Shown here: positions 50,649-64,000 of the stretch, piece after piece
Numbering within the stretch: position 1 is the stretch's first letter
Layout of the letters: each line of letters opens with the position of its first letter
NCBI RefSeq assembly: GCF_006345805.1
Contig: NC_042999.1
Span: forward strand, 62,124,001-62,188,000
Direction: 5' to 3'
Source of the DNA: Octopus sinensis
Lineage: Eukaryota
Length of the DNA: 64,000 nt
Notes under the pieces: generated by a model
Told to the model about the DNA's origin: nothing
The model's database searches: none
What the model saw: only the letters and a program-made list of their open reading frames with translations
Translations under genes and position numbers: made by a program

Positions 50649-51449
50649 TTTCCAAAAGGGCATGAACTAAAACTCTATCAAACGAAAAGGTTTTTATTAG
50701 ATATGTAACATTGATGTGAAGTATGATATCTAACGTAAGATATGATAGCAAATTATACATTTCCTTTAGATATCCTGAGGGGTTTTTTTAACTGTACCCA
50801 TTTATCCTTTCGAACATGTGTTTAATGAAAAGATAAATTCATTCTTGTGTTACAAAGTGAATGCTTGCGTTCGTACAGTTTTCTAATGCACTGAAATCAC
50901 AATATGTGAAGTGAGATGACTTTTTAGGAAGAAGTGGAATCAAATCTTTGAATCAGACCAGTAAAATCGGAGCACTACTCAACAATACTCACCTATCGTA
51001 AAGACATCTGTCATTTGCCAGTTAAATAGCCTGTTATATTTTCTCTGAGAGTGGGAATGCTGCTCTCACATCTTGGACGATGATGTCCAAGAGGAACGCA
51101 TAAACCGGTTGAGAGTAGGGTTAGTATCGTCGCAGGTGAGATCAGAATGTAAAAAAAGAGGAAGGGAAGAAATACCACGAAGCATTTTGTCCAAAGTTCG
51201 GATCTTTGTGGTTTTCGTCACTGTTTACAATTATCATTAAACGTACTTTTTAATGTATCATATAAGATGTAATTTTTTACGATGAATCCGAATTTGTTAT
51301 TCATCTATTCTAGAAGAATTTTGCAAAAATGTTACAGGTGTTCAAAGTTTGATCATTTTCAGAATTTTCAGCCAATCAGAAAACAGCGCGTTCGCCTCTT
51401 TCATCATCGGGGTGGGGGTGGCATCGAGCTAAAGTAAACTGAAAAACAT

Positions 51450-51853
51450 GAAAACATTCGCGAGCAAATTAAATATTTAAAAGCTACGAACAAAGCAACA
51501 GGAGTTGCTAGAAATAACAATCAAAACATTAAAATATACACGAGCAAAGTTAACATTGAAGTATTTGCAAGCAAATTACATATTTAAAAATTACGAACTA
51601 ACCAACAGGAGTTGTTAGAAATAGCAGTCAAAATATTAAAATGTACACGAGCAATGTTAACAATAAAACATTAGCGAACAAGTTAACTATTTAAAAGCTA
51701 CACACAAACCAACAGGAGTTGCTAAAAATAACAGTCAAAACATTAAAATATACACGATCAAAATAAACAGTGAAGAACATTCGCGAGTAAATTAAATATT
51801 TAAAAGATACGAGCAAACCAACAGGAGTTGCTACAAACAACAGTCAAAACATT
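51450..51853. repeat. ~107-bp tandem repeat, 4 copies
   Basis: CAACAGGAGTTG at 51496, 51603, 51710 and 51819. Confidence 0.9.
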
Positions 51854-52935
51854 GCTTTAAACAAACCTTTATTAGCTAAACAATTTCAAGAACGAAAGTT
51901 TGCACTACACTCTAGGATTTTATAAAATAAATTATCTTTCTTATATCTCCTTCTCCACATAAATTCACAAAGATAAGAGTCAACCATAGAACGGTATGTC
52001 CCACGCCGGCGTTTGTTTCAAGGCTTTAAAGATGCTCGGGTACTCTCGATGTGTTGATTACACTCAATTTGGTGGTGACACTCCTTGTGCACATGCACAG
52101 CTTCTTTGGTTACTATGGAAACAGAGTTCTTCGCCATGGTGATGTGTAAAACACTCTCTTCTAATTGGTTAAAATGCCCAAATTTTACAAGTTTTAAAGG
52201 CTAATAACTTTTTAATTATGGATTTATAGGGGAAATGAATTTCATTTTCATAGTGTACAAAACTTAATACATATACCAAATTTGAAAACAACTGCAACAC
52301 AACTGCAAGCAGTGACGAAAGCAACGCAGATCCCAAAGTTCTAATAATTCACTCAAACTATCACCCTTGACTAGCACTTCATTTTTATCAACCCTGAAAG
52401 GATGAATGGCAAAGCAGAACTCACTAAGCAAACAGCTGTAACAAATACTGCTAGGCATTTTGTCCGGCTTGCGAACGATTCAATCAATTCGACGTCAGTC
52501 AATTGCTAACGCTAAATAAATCGTTAAAAATGTGTCATCTTTGAATCAATGTTTTAAAAAAAAAGCGCTTATTGTCTGTTATTTCTGCACTTTGATGAGC
52601 ATTGTTTTAACTACTGGTGTGTTATATTGTTCTCACAACAGTTTGTAATCTGTTTTCTGCTGTACGCAAGGAAAATAAACTGAAAAAGTAAACTTGAGAC
52701 AGTAGTCTCTAAATTGTTTTCGTGTTTTCATTTTCCGCGTAAATTTTTCAAATATATATGTATGTGAAAATGAAATTTTCCCAAAACTCCTAGAAAAATA
52801 TTTAACTTTTTCTTGCTGTTCGGTGGAATTCGATATATTTCTTTCTTTCTTTTTTTTTTCTCTATAACTTAGTCAGAAGAACAACAGCATCCACCCTCCC
52901 GTCCCTCTATAAGTTGTGTGCATGTACGCACGAGT

Positions 52936-53190
52936 GGAAGCGCGTGGCTTAGTGGTTAGGGTGTCAGCATCATGATCGTAAGATTGTGGTTTCGATTCCT
53001 GGACCTGGCGACGCGTTGTGTTCTTGAGCAAAACAGCAAAACACTTCATTTCACGTTGCTCCAGTTCACTCAGCTGGCAAAAATGAGTAACGCTGTGATG
53101 GATTGGCCTCCCGTCCAGCTGGGGTAGACATACGCCATTAAAACCGGGAAACCGGGCCCATGACTCTGGTTAGACTTTAAAAGGGCGCAT
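52936..53190 (+). mobile_element. tRNA-derived SINE, family D (Meta/V-domain-like central segments)
   Basis: Head GTGGAAGCGCGTGGCTTAGTGGTTAG...GGTTTCGATTCC; GTTGTGTTCTTGAGCAA...CACTT; GATGGATTGGCCTCCCGTCCAG. Confidence 0.65.
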
Positions 53191-53524
53191 TTATTTATTT
53201 ATTATGTACGCATTACGTGTTTTGCAACCAACGAACAAACAAAATTTAAATCTTCAGAAAAGCTAGTGGCCTCAATTAATGTAACAATTAATAAGTACAT
53301 ATAAGTTACATATAATTTTATAGGATTCGGCTAGCTAATCTATACAATTATATTCGAAGTGCAGGCGCAGGCGTGGCTGTGTGGTATGAAGCTTGCTTCC
53401 AGACCACATGGTTCTGAGTTCAGTCCCACTGCGTGACCCCTTAGGTAAGTGTATTCTACTATAGCCTCGCACCGATCAAAGCCTTGTGAGCAGATATGGC
53501 TAACAGAAAGTGAAAGAACCCCTT

Positions 53525-53764
53525 CATATATATATATACATACATACATACATATGTATGTATGTATGTATATATATATGTATGTATGTATGTATATATG
53601 TATGTATGTATGTATGTATATATGTATGTATGTATGTATATATGTATGTATGTATGTATATATATATGTATGTATGTATGTATATATGTATGTATGTATG
53701 TATATATATATGTATGTATATATATATATGTATGTATATATATATATGTATGTATATATATATG

Positions 53765-53803
<39 letters not shown>

Positions 53804-53810
53804 GTATATA

Positions 53811-53848
<38 letters not shown>

Positions 53849-53878
53849 CATATATATATATACATACATATATATATA

Positions 53879-53911
<33 letters not shown>

Positions 53912-53913
53912 AT
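53525..53913. repeat. (TATG)n/(TA)n microsatellite in the tail region of a SINE A head (53364-53524)
   Basis: Directly visible. Confidence 0.95.
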
Positions 53914-55381
53914 GCTCTTGTGAGATTTATTGGTCAGGGATAGCTTCCGCTAAAGAGGCACATTGCGAGATCGAAACACCGTAGTGTCTCGAAGTTCCGT
54001 TAGACCCATGAATAACGTGTTATGGACACACACCACTTTAAAGGTTCTCCAACAGCGAAGAACAATTGCGATCAGATATTTACGTTCAAATCTATCAGAA
54101 CGTAATAAGAATGAGTAGATTCTTTATTGTCAAAACTAATAATTATACTAACAATATATTCAGTATACAAATACCTCCCTCACTGGGAAAAATTGCGGAA
54201 TATCAGGTATTCTGCACACACTAACTACTAAAAGTGGAAAGAAACGTCGCTCATAACCCTCTCCACAGTCCAAGCAAGGTCAATAAGAGCAAGTTTTAGC
54301 TAATATATAGGTACTGGGCCCGGTGAAACAAAGGGAGAGACTCATGAATATCATACAAGTCTTACCCCAAATACCAAGACTAAAAAAAAAGTCACAGCTC
54401 CTTGGATTTTAAGAAGAATCGTACTTCCTCTCTGCGGTACGAAAACACTTTTGATCTATTTTCCAAAACTTACATTTGAAGACCCTGTCTCTTAGACTAA
54501 GGGAAGAAGGATAGAAATTATCCGAAGATTGCAGACCTTGTGTATAATGTCTGCATCAGAGTAAATTCCGCTAAAGACTCGCTGCAGGAGTATGAGACAT
54601 TTTGGCATCGCTGATTCAATGCTGACTTATTTGACATCAGACGTTTTGATGTTTCCCTCGTTTTCAGCCTCATCATCCCTCCTCTATCTCTCTCTCTATC
54701 TATCTCTATCTCTCTCTCCCTCTCTGCACTCGCTCACTCTCTTTGTCTCTGTGTGTATATCTCTGCGTGCGCATTCGTATGTGTATTTGACTCCAGCGCC
54801 CAAAAGTGCTGTCACCAAAATAGACTTAATGTCCAGTCAGCCGTTTCAAATCGTGTCTGCCGAAACAGCTGCGCCAAATCATCTCATTCAGACACTGAAG
54901 CCAAGTGATGTTAAACTGTATGAGAGGTCATTTCTACCACCTAGGAACTTTCACACAATTAAATTTCATCTACCAAATCAAATTATACTACTCACATAGC
55001 TTTAGTCGACCCGAAGTAATGATCAGATACACTTGCCAAGCGGTATCGAACCCGAGACCACGAACTTACAAAGTGAAATTTTTTACGATACAACCTTGCC
55101 AGTACTCATGCACTGTTTATATTTCCTCAATGGATTTGTTGTTTGCATACGTATTCTTCAATAAGATTTGAAGAGTGAACAATATTTTTATTGCTATGAA
55201 TCATGTCCTAGACACGGTTATTATAAAGTTCTATATCTCAGAAACAAGAAGCAATTACGATTAAGACTAGAAAATTATCATAATACGTCCACGCACATCA
55301 GTGTATACATATATGCATGCATACATTTATACATATGTCTATGTGTATATCTACATGCATATATATATGTACACATATACT

Positions 55382-55427
<46 letters not shown>

Positions 55428-55613
55428 CAGGTTAAATTGCATTATGCTAAGTGAGTGTTCAGTTACCTTGTATTGAAAATAAATGACGCAGTTAAATATA
55501 GCAGAAATAATAGATTTATGTACCTGATTTCATAGAGATAGGGGGAGAGGAAGAAGGAGAGGAAGAGAGGGGGAGAGGGAGATAGGGAGATAGGGGAAGG
55601 AAGAGGAAAGTGA

Positions 55614-55653
<40 letters not shown>

Positions 55654-55896
55654 AATATTTAGTAGTGTAAAATGTAACGTAGTAGCTTTGTCAGCGATGT
55701 ACAGATACGTTTCCAGTCGTATCAATTGGTCTGCTTCTGTTTTCTGCCACAAATTGGTATCAGATATAAAGTGTTGGGGTTCGACACTGGTCGACTAAAA
55801 TTTGAAGATGGTGTCCGAGTATGCCCGCAGTTCATTATCTGAAACAAGTAAAACAACAAAAGAATGAATGTGTGCATGTGTGTGTGAGAGAGGGGG

Positions 55897-55979
<83 letters not shown>

Positions 55980-57730
55980 GTTTGATACAAAGGCTTAAGC
56001 TGTTTAACTATATACTGCATATAAAGCATTTTACAAATACGGCCTAGGACAGGAAAGGAAAAGAGATTTTATTGCGGGAATGTACCAAATGTATAATATA
56101 TTGTCTACTAGATACTTGCAATAACATCAAATATGTTCTGCCAATCGTATCTGTTAAATCAGCACTTATATATGTTGGCGTAATTGGGGTTCATTTTAGT
56201 GCCCATAGCAACCCCACTGAATTACTTGTAAGACTCATCAAAGAAGACGCAAATGAGAACGCGGTTGGTTTCAGCGAGATGGAAGAGAATGGCCCTCCTA
56301 AGTAAAATGTGTGTATGACAGTCTAAGAAGTGTTTAAGGAGTAAGATATGATCGATGTTGGGGATGATTACGTAGTGATTCAACGTCCAAGAAGAAGAGA
56401 AATATTTTAGAGTATCAAGGAAATGAGCACGAGTTGAAAGTGTTTACGATGTGATATCAAAGCGTAAACAACGGAATGACCAAAATTTGTCGAGTTACCC
56501 AATGGAGCAGTTTTCTTTTATCTTTTAGTTAGGAGGAAAAGACAGCAACCATGACTCGTTATGAGGCCTCTTCTTCTGGAGGTCGTAAAATTCCAATGGG
56601 GTAATGTTTAATTTATGCCACTTGTAAAAATTAAGAGATTTAAATCAAAATGGTACTTTTTGGCAAATAGTTCAATCGGATTTTGTAGTACCAGATTGGT
56701 CGTCGCCTTGCTATAGTGATGTCTTTTGACATTGGTAAAGTCCTCTGTCGTCGTGGTTTCAACTTTCTGAAATTAAAGAAGTCCTTTAGATAGGTTCGAC
56801 AAAGGCCGAACTCAGGACATGGTGAACTCGCTTAACTTCCCTTGGATAGATGATAAAGTTTAAGCTTCTATTAAGGGTGGGGGTCGCTCAGGATCCGAGC
56901 GAAGTAGATACATTGCGATTGTGATCGCAGCAGATAAGAGGATGTTAAGTGTGGATGAAGTAAAAGGCTGAAAAATGAGCAGAAGATTGGGGTCGTAGAT
57001 AGTTTTTGAGGTAGCGATTTTATGTTCATCAGTTGAGTAGACTCTATCTCTATTTTTGAAAGGGTTGTTGGTGGAGCAATGGGAGACAGTAGACTGTGTG
57101 GCAGGATGTTACGGCAAAGATCGTCCAACAAGTTGTGCGTAGCTGCAGAAAAAGTCTTTTTGTTTTGAAGAGTAAAATATTATCGATTAGGCATGGTTGT
57201 GGTATCTGGTTTGCAGAATATGGTAAGTAACAGGTTTTTTAAAAAAAGGTAGAATAAAAGAAAATTCGTGATCGTCTTTCGTTGGCAAAGATTGCTTTTG
57301 TTGGTAAAGTATTAATTTTTTTAAGTTTGTGTGATGCTGGGAGAAGAATTTCATCACGTTTCGGATCGAGTCGTTTGCTGGAGGAAGAGAAAAGTTGCTC
57401 ACGTCTCTCGTCTATCAAAGAATAATTCTTTCTCATTTTAGTACAAGGCCAGCAATTTTGAGGAAATAGAGAAATCGATTGCATCGACGCCAGTGCTCGA
57501 CTAGTATTTATTTTAACAACCCTGAAGGAATAAAAGGCGAAGTCGACTTCGTTGACATTTGAGCTCAGAAATGTGCGGTAACGATTCTGCCGTTTGTTAA
57601 GAAAAATCAGTCAAAAACAAAATGCACATACATGTACATACATGTGCATATATAGATGCATGTATCTAAGCACCTTAAAGATATTTGTTCGCAATTATTT
57701 AACCGGCTTCAGAATTTTAATTGACAAGAA

Positions 57731-58074
57731 TAATGGTTCTCAACCGGGGTTCATTTGACCCCTGGGAATCCATGTATGACTTTTGGGGGTCCACGCAAGC
57801 AAAATAATAAATCAGGGATACACAGTAGTATTTTAAGGGTCCATTAAAAAAAAATTTACTTTGTACATATTTATTGGAAGAAACGGTTAGGCTTCTTCCT
57901 CTAATGTTTTACACAGTTCGACCTGCACAAGTCAATGTGTGAATAAGAAAATATGAATTTTGAAAGAAACATCTATGTAACTAGTTTTTAAACATTGAAT
58001 GGCTTTGGAGTCCATTAGAATAGAATAGCAATCAAAAGGGTTCCTAGATAAAAAAAAATGGTTGAAAACCACTG
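57731..58074. mobile_element. hAT (Charlie/MER5-like) MITE
   Basis: Termini TAATGGTTCTCAACC ... GGTTGAAAACCACTG. The 8-bp TSD is only partly retained. Confidence 0.75.
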
Positions 58075-58574
58075 ATATAGAACATCACCAACCATTCTTT
58101 AGGTTAATAACTAATACAGATCTTTGGAGAATCCACAAAGAAATTATCGGCTACATAAGTATTGCTTTCTGTTGTAACCATAAACATCGTATTTGTGGGA
58201 AAAGAAATTACAACTGTTTACTGTCAAAATAAACATAAGTAGAGGTTTCCTCTTGAAATATTTATAACGTCAGACATAATTGTCTCAGATTCAGTTACAT
58301 GTGTTAGAATTGATGACCAGGTCTTTATAGGCCTTTTAATGCCAGCAACAAAAGTGGTAGCTTGTTTTAAAAAGAGCAGTGATTTCACTAGCCATAAGGG
58401 AGACGGAGAAACTGTATCAAGTTTTCTGCGGTAATTTCTTACTTGACAAGACACAAAATAAGCAAACACAAGCATTTCAAGATGTTCCGACAACCACTTC
58501 TTTCCAGATGCTTCTCGTCAGTCACTCTTTTAAACTTGTAATGAGTTAACTTACCTAAAGTTTATATCTATTAA

Positions 58575-59010
58575 TTTTTTAACTTTTACTTGTTTCTGTC
58601 ATTAGACAGTGGCTATTCTGGGGCACCGTCATGGAGAACTTTTAGTTGTATGCATAAACCCAGAACATACCATTTCTTTTAACCTTCGTACTTATTCTAT
58701 CGGTCTCTTTTGCTGAACCGCTAAGTTACGGGAACGTAAGCACACTAACATCGGTTGTCAAGCGATGGTGGGGGAACAAACACTGTCATACGCGCGCGCG
58801 CGCACATACATACACACACACACACCACACACACACATATATATATATATATATACGACGTGCTTCTTTCAGTTCCGTCTACTAAATCCACTCACAAGGC
58901 TTTGGTCGGCCCGAGGCTATAGTAGAAGATACTTGCCTAAGGTGCCACGCAGCGAGATTGAACCTGGAACCTTGTGGTTAGTAAGCAAGCTACTTATCAC
59001 ACAGCCATGC
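58575..59010 (-). mobile_element. SINE family A copy
   Basis: Head to tail align to 1-403. Confidence 0.85.
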
Positions 59011-59212
59011 CATCCGTTGGATATAAAAGTTCTAAAATTTACCAAGTAAATTCATTCTGAGTGAATGGTAAAACGGCAATAAGTTCTGGCTTCTATTTTC
59101 AGTTTAAGCATTATAATTTATAGCACAATTAAACTTTATTAAAAATATATAAGCGTCACAATTTAACATTTCGCCGCTGTAAAAGTCTTGAGCATTATAA
59201 TTGCTACAGTAA

Positions 59213-59715
59213 GGTGGTGAGCTGGTGAAATCGTTACAGCGCCGGACGAAATGCTTTGCGGTATTTCGTCTGCCGCTACGTTCTGAGTTCAAATTCCGCC
59301 GAGGTCGACTTTGCCTTTCATCCTTTCGGGTTCGATTAAATAAGTACCAATTACGCACTGGGGTCCATATAATCGACTTAATCCGTTTGTCTGTCCTTGT
59401 TTGTCCCTTCAGTGTTTAGCCCCTTGTGGGTAGTAAAGAAATAGGTATTTCGTCTGCCCCTACGTCCTGAGTTCAAATTCCGCCGAGGTCGACTTTGCCT
59501 TTCATCCTTTCAGTTACGCACTGGGGTTCGATATAATCGACTTAATCCGTTTGTTTCCTCTGTGTTTAGCCCCTTGTGGGTAGTAAAGAAATAGAAGTAT
59601 GTATTTCGTCTGTCTTTAGGTTCTAAGTTCAAATACCACTGAAGTCGACTTTACCTTCCATCTTTTCGGGGGTCGATGAAGTTTCATGATTTCAATGAAA
59701 TCGACTTAGCCACTC
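59213..59715 (+). repeat. Second tandem array (about 3 units) of family B SINE
   Basis: Same unit and same AAAGAAATA|GGTATTTCG junction as the array at 42614-43212. Confidence 0.88.
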
Positions 59716-59759
59716 GCCACAAATTTCAGGACTTCTGCCTATAACGGAAAGGATCATAA

Positions 59760-60827
59760 TTGCTACAGAGCGTTAAAGCTATGGGAGATAAATAGCTAAC
59801 TCCATTCACCAAAGTATCAAGGTAACTATAGATTACCCCACTAAGAACCCAAACAATTAAGAATACTCCCTGTACTTGATACTGAACTTTGGTTAGAGAC
59901 TGTGAACAATAGAGTGCAGCTCCTCCACTCTTATTACATGAAACCTGTAACTTCAAAATATGTTGTTCACAAGAACTCAGCTTTGTCACACAACATGAAA
60001 ATTAACATACTAATAGCAGACCTAGTTAGAATAATGAACAATGTGTCCCCAGTATGCGAACGCTGTGAAATGAAGAAACATATACAGAACTTCATACACC
60101 GCATGAAGTTCTCTGGGTATGATCAGAAAGATAGGGTTCGTGTATACAGGGGGGGTTAGAAAGAAATTAGATTATACGTAATGATACCATTATACGTAAT
60201 GATACCAGTGGTACCTGCCCTAGATATAGAAACAAATAATGGAATAGAATACAAAGAGCTTGTGACAAAGCAAACAGGGCGAACACGTGGTATAAAACCG
60301 ACAAATATCAAGGAGTGATGTTTGTGGAGGCCACAGTCCATGGAAAATTAGCCCGTAGATTTAGGAAAGCTCTGAAGGAGACCAAACTCAACATTAAAAT
60401 TGTTGAAAAGCCAGGGAACTCCGTCAGATCACAACTATGTAGGACGTACCCGTTTAAGAATACCATATGCACCAATGATAACTGCATGGTATGTAGAATT
60501 AGCCCTGGTATTAACTGTTGAACTCGAAATGTAGTTTACAGCATAAGATGCATAGAAGGTGCTTGTAAGGACATGAACATGATGTACATAGAGGAGACGT
60601 CTAGGAGCATTGCGGAACGGATAAATGAACATCTAAGACAATATGATGACAGAAAACAGTCCTCCATACTCTACCAACATGCCAAAGACCACCATGGAGG
60701 TAACTTGGGTCAACTTGATATCTGCATCTTATCCAAGTACCCAAAAGACCCAACACTCAGACAAATACGGGTGTACGTCCTTATAAATGAAACTTCCCCA
60801 ATATTAAATAGGAAATATGCACAATAA
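59760..60827 (+). mobile_element. Penelope-like retroelement, RT C-terminus plus GIY-YIG domain (frameshifted)
   Basis: IANSIHQSIKVTIDYP / PVLDTELW / HSYYMKP..S / RMKFSGY; VVYSIRC...YIEETSRSIAERINEH...LYQH. Confidence 0.85.
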
Positions 60828-61410
60828 ATACCATACCTCCATACCCACAGTTTACACAGGTAGAGTAGAATAGTTAGTAGACTGTTAGGTAGATAAATGT
60901 ATGTATGTGGGTGTGAGTGTGTGTATGCCTTTTTTTAACCATTATTTTTTTGTTTCTTTTTTGTTAGGTATATAGACTATATAAACAGACACATATGGAG
61001 ACACGGATCCACACATATAAAGATGCACATCCATACATACAAACATGGTACATAGTTACATAATACAGACACACAGATATGCACACACAAGGAGACAGAG
61101 GTGCATACATATACAAACACATGCTCACACACACATACATAGAAAATACACAAACACGGACAGGCAAACACATAAATACGCAGGATGCGTACATACAGAT
61201 GCACACACACACATACATATGCATACACACACATATATACATACATACACATGCAAACACACATACATACGTACATGTATGTATGTATAGGCACACACAC
61301 ACACACACACTGACCCACACACATGCGCACAAACAAACAAAAGGGAACGCAGTGTAAATAACGGACAGAGTCAAGACTATTGGAAAGGTTGCAAGACGCA
61401 ACGAAAATTT

Positions 61411-61906
61411 TAGAAAATAAAATAAGAAATAAGTGGAAATTTTACAGGTGAGTGTGTTAAATAATAAGGCACTAAAAGAGAATGATTCTCCCCAGACACA
61501 ACAGAATATGCTTCAACACACGAACTCATATAAAGAATCTTGCAAACCAAATCCAAAAACGTGATATGGGAGATAACTTTACCTGATATTAATTAATTAA
61601 AGGGAATTACTTCCCTTTACTCGTATTATTTCCCTTCGTTACATTATCGCTTGGGCTAATACGATAGTCACCTTGATAAACAGGAAAATTCGGGTGATTT
61701 CTTGTTCCTACACACCTTTAATATTTTAATGATGATAATATTAATAATAATTTTGTTTTGGGATTTGGTTTGCAAGATTCTTTATATGAGTTCGTATGTT
61801 GAAGCATGTTCTGTTGTGTCTGGAGAGAGTCATTTTCTTTTTGTGCCTTATCATTTAACACACACACCGGTAAAATTTTCACTTATTTCTTATTTTCATT
61901 TTCTTA
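61411..61906. repeat. Inverted repeat: ~150-bp arms (61411-61560, 61755-61906) with a ~195-bp spacer
   Basis: The arms are about 90% complementary by eye. Confidence 0.85.
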
Positions 61907-62819
61907 TAGGACACAATAGATGATAATATTAATTATTGTTATTATTTATTTATTTATTCATTGGCCCAAAGAAATAAGTGTACCTAGGTACGCTAGCGAA
62001 CACCATCATTTTGATAATGTACGTTTATAAACGAGAGACAAATGACAAATAAACGAAATATAATGAGCAATTTTTAAAAAAACACGCATACGTAACTCTT
62101 TCACTCTTTCTCCTTTTTCCTTTCTTCTTCCCCTCTCTGGATGATGGATGGATGGAGCGCTGGATTAACCATTAAGCAAGATAAGCACGTACTTAGAATA
62201 TAAAAGGAAGGAGAAGGACACCACAGAAATGGTAAATGGTTTATGGCACAAAAAAAAATCACTTTAAACTTACTAAAATAATATTTGGGATGCCTTTATC
62301 TCTACTAAGTATAAGATGCAGATGCATTACCTAAGATTAATTTTCAGGATCTGATCAAAGACTTTGCAATTCAAAAAAGTAGGAGGAAACTTTTCAAATC
62401 TAAATAAAGTGGGAGTATACAAAAGTAAACATTATTTTCCCTCTTATTGTTTTGTTTCGTTTTGAAAAATAAAAATGTATTTTATGGTTGTTTGTCATTG
62501 TTTATTCTTTGAATTACATAATCTTTTATGGGGGCACCAAAATCTTTTTTAAGTGCCTAGGGTCTCGGTAGTCCTAATTCAGCCCAGACTGGCTAGATGG
62601 ATGGACGGATCATCTTTTATCTTTTGTTTCAGATAATTAGACAGCGACCATGCTGTGGCACTGCTTTGAAGAACTTTTAGTTGAATTACTTTTTTTTAAC
62701 TGGTTACTTATTCTATCGATCTCATTTGTCAAACAGCAAAGTTACAGGGATTTAAACACACCACCATCAATTGTCAAGCAGTGGTGGGAGACAAACATAG
62801 ACACACACACACACACATA

Positions 62820-62876
<57 letters not shown>

Positions 62877-62891
62877 TATATAAATATATAT

Positions 62892-63229
62892 ATATTGTTA
62901 TATATTTGGAATGGTCATTGCCAGTTTAGCCAATAAAAACACACGCACTATATATTTGGTGTTATTTTGCTTCAGTGTTATTTATTTTTTACATTAATCT
63001 TAATCTTATTTCGGCCAGAGTTCTTTTGTCACACTCCTGTGACCGCATCAGTGGTCCTTTGTTTTCTTCTTTCTTATTCACAGGAGTGTGACGAAAGAAC
63101 TCTGGCCGAAATAAGATTAAGATTAATGTAAAAAAGAGATAACACTGAAGCAAAATAACACCAAACATATAGTGCGTGTGTTTTTATTGGCTAAACTGGC
63201 AATATGACCATTCCGAAATATAACAATAT
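62892..63229. repeat. Inverted repeat: ~150-bp arms (62892-63042, 63078-63229) with a 35-bp spacer; Penelope-like terminus
   Basis: The arms are over 90% complementary. The minus strand has CTGATGC-GGTC...GGCC-GAAA crossing the arm/spacer boundary. Confidence 0.88.
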
Positions 63230-63277
63230 CTGTTTCAACACATGACTTTACATAAAAGTTCTTGCACAACAAATATT

Positions 63278-63311
<34 letters not shown>

Positions 63312-63404
63312 CCATGGGCTTCTTTCGGTTTCCCTCTGCCAAATCTATTCACAAGGCTTTGGTTAACCTAAGGCTATAGCAGAAGACACTTGCCAAAGGT
63401 GCTG

Positions 63405-63780
63405 TTGCTGTTGAGCGAACGGTCTTCATCTCAGAGCTTGCAAGATGGGAGAAGTCCGAAACGTAGTCCTTTGCTATTCGTAAGACCCGCAGAAGAGAAA
63501 GGAGGTCAACCCCCGACACCGAAAGCATCGACAGATGGACGAATGCGCATCCAGGCTCAGTGGTTGCGTAAGAAGTCAGGGACAAGAAACAGGAAGAAAT
63601 AATGAGAAAAAGTTGGAGCGAAAGAGTACAACAGGGGCTGCCACCACCCCCATCCAGAGCCTCGTGGAGCTTTAGGTGTTTTCGCTCAATAAACACACAC
63701 AACGCTCAGTCTGGGAATTGAAACCACAATCCTCCGACTGCGAGTCTGCTGCCCTCACCATTGGGCCATTGCGCCTCCAC
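63405..63780 (-). mobile_element. Family C SINE nested in a family A SINE, with an 18-bp direct repeat at the flanks
   Basis: CACTTGCCAAAGGTGCTG at 63387-63404 and 63778-63795 (3 bp overlap the SINE 5' end); (CAA/CAG) tail. Confidence 0.85.
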
Positions 63781-64000
63781 TTGCCAAAGGTGCTGCCCAG
63801 TAGGACTGAACTCAGAACCATGTGGTTGGAAACGCAAGCTTCTCAGCACACATCCATGCCTGCACTTATATTTTCTATCTTTTACTTGTTTCAGTCATTA
63901 GACTGAGGCCATGCTGGAGCACCGCGTTGAAGAATTTTTAGTCAAATGAATCGACCCCAGTACTTGTTTTCTAAACCTGGTACTTATTCTATTGGTCTCT

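Noticed and set aside
54100-54600. Possible Tx1-like ORF2 trace on the minus strand
   Set aside because: Only a weak TYILAK-like match, too degenerate to support.
56560-57420. Possible Penelope N-terminal fragment (LNRSLNF-like) on the minus strand
   Set aside because: The motif similarity is marginal with many stops; it needs an HMM search.
58224-58493. 89-aa minus-strand ORF
   Set aside because: No domain similarity that I can recognise and no consistent splice signals.

Overview
Eukaryotic, AT-rich, microsatellite- and transposon-dense DNA. The SINE families and (TA)n/(TATG)n load point to a coleoid cephalopod, most likely Octopus (inferred from recognition, not a database search). Only one convincing host gene is present: an intronless 721-aa class B/Methuselah-like 7TM receptor with an N-terminal somatomedin-B-like domain and two Cys-rich repeats (48483-50648, +). 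Most of the rest is recognisable repeat: at least four tRNA-derived SINE families; decayed RTE, CR1, L1/Tx1 and Penelope-like retroelements; non-autonomous Helitrons; Tc1/mariner, pogo-like, hAT and Kolobok-like DNA elements; and simple repeats. Most ORFs in the supplied track are microsatellite translations. A 2-kb duplication across a 100-N gap (30724-34828) is probably an assembly artefact. The best leads are: a minimal hammerhead ribozyme and several degenerate relatives in Penelope-like termini; a Helitron CTAG|TC head-to-tail junction; a CpG-rich 22-bp minisatellite of NRF1-type palindromes; SINE concatemers with the same junction at two loci; a SINE/CR1 shared tail with a compensatory stem-loop; and a ~70-bp duplication flanking an RTE LINE. 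I see no clearly novel multi-gene system. Coordinates were counted by eye and may be off by a few bases.
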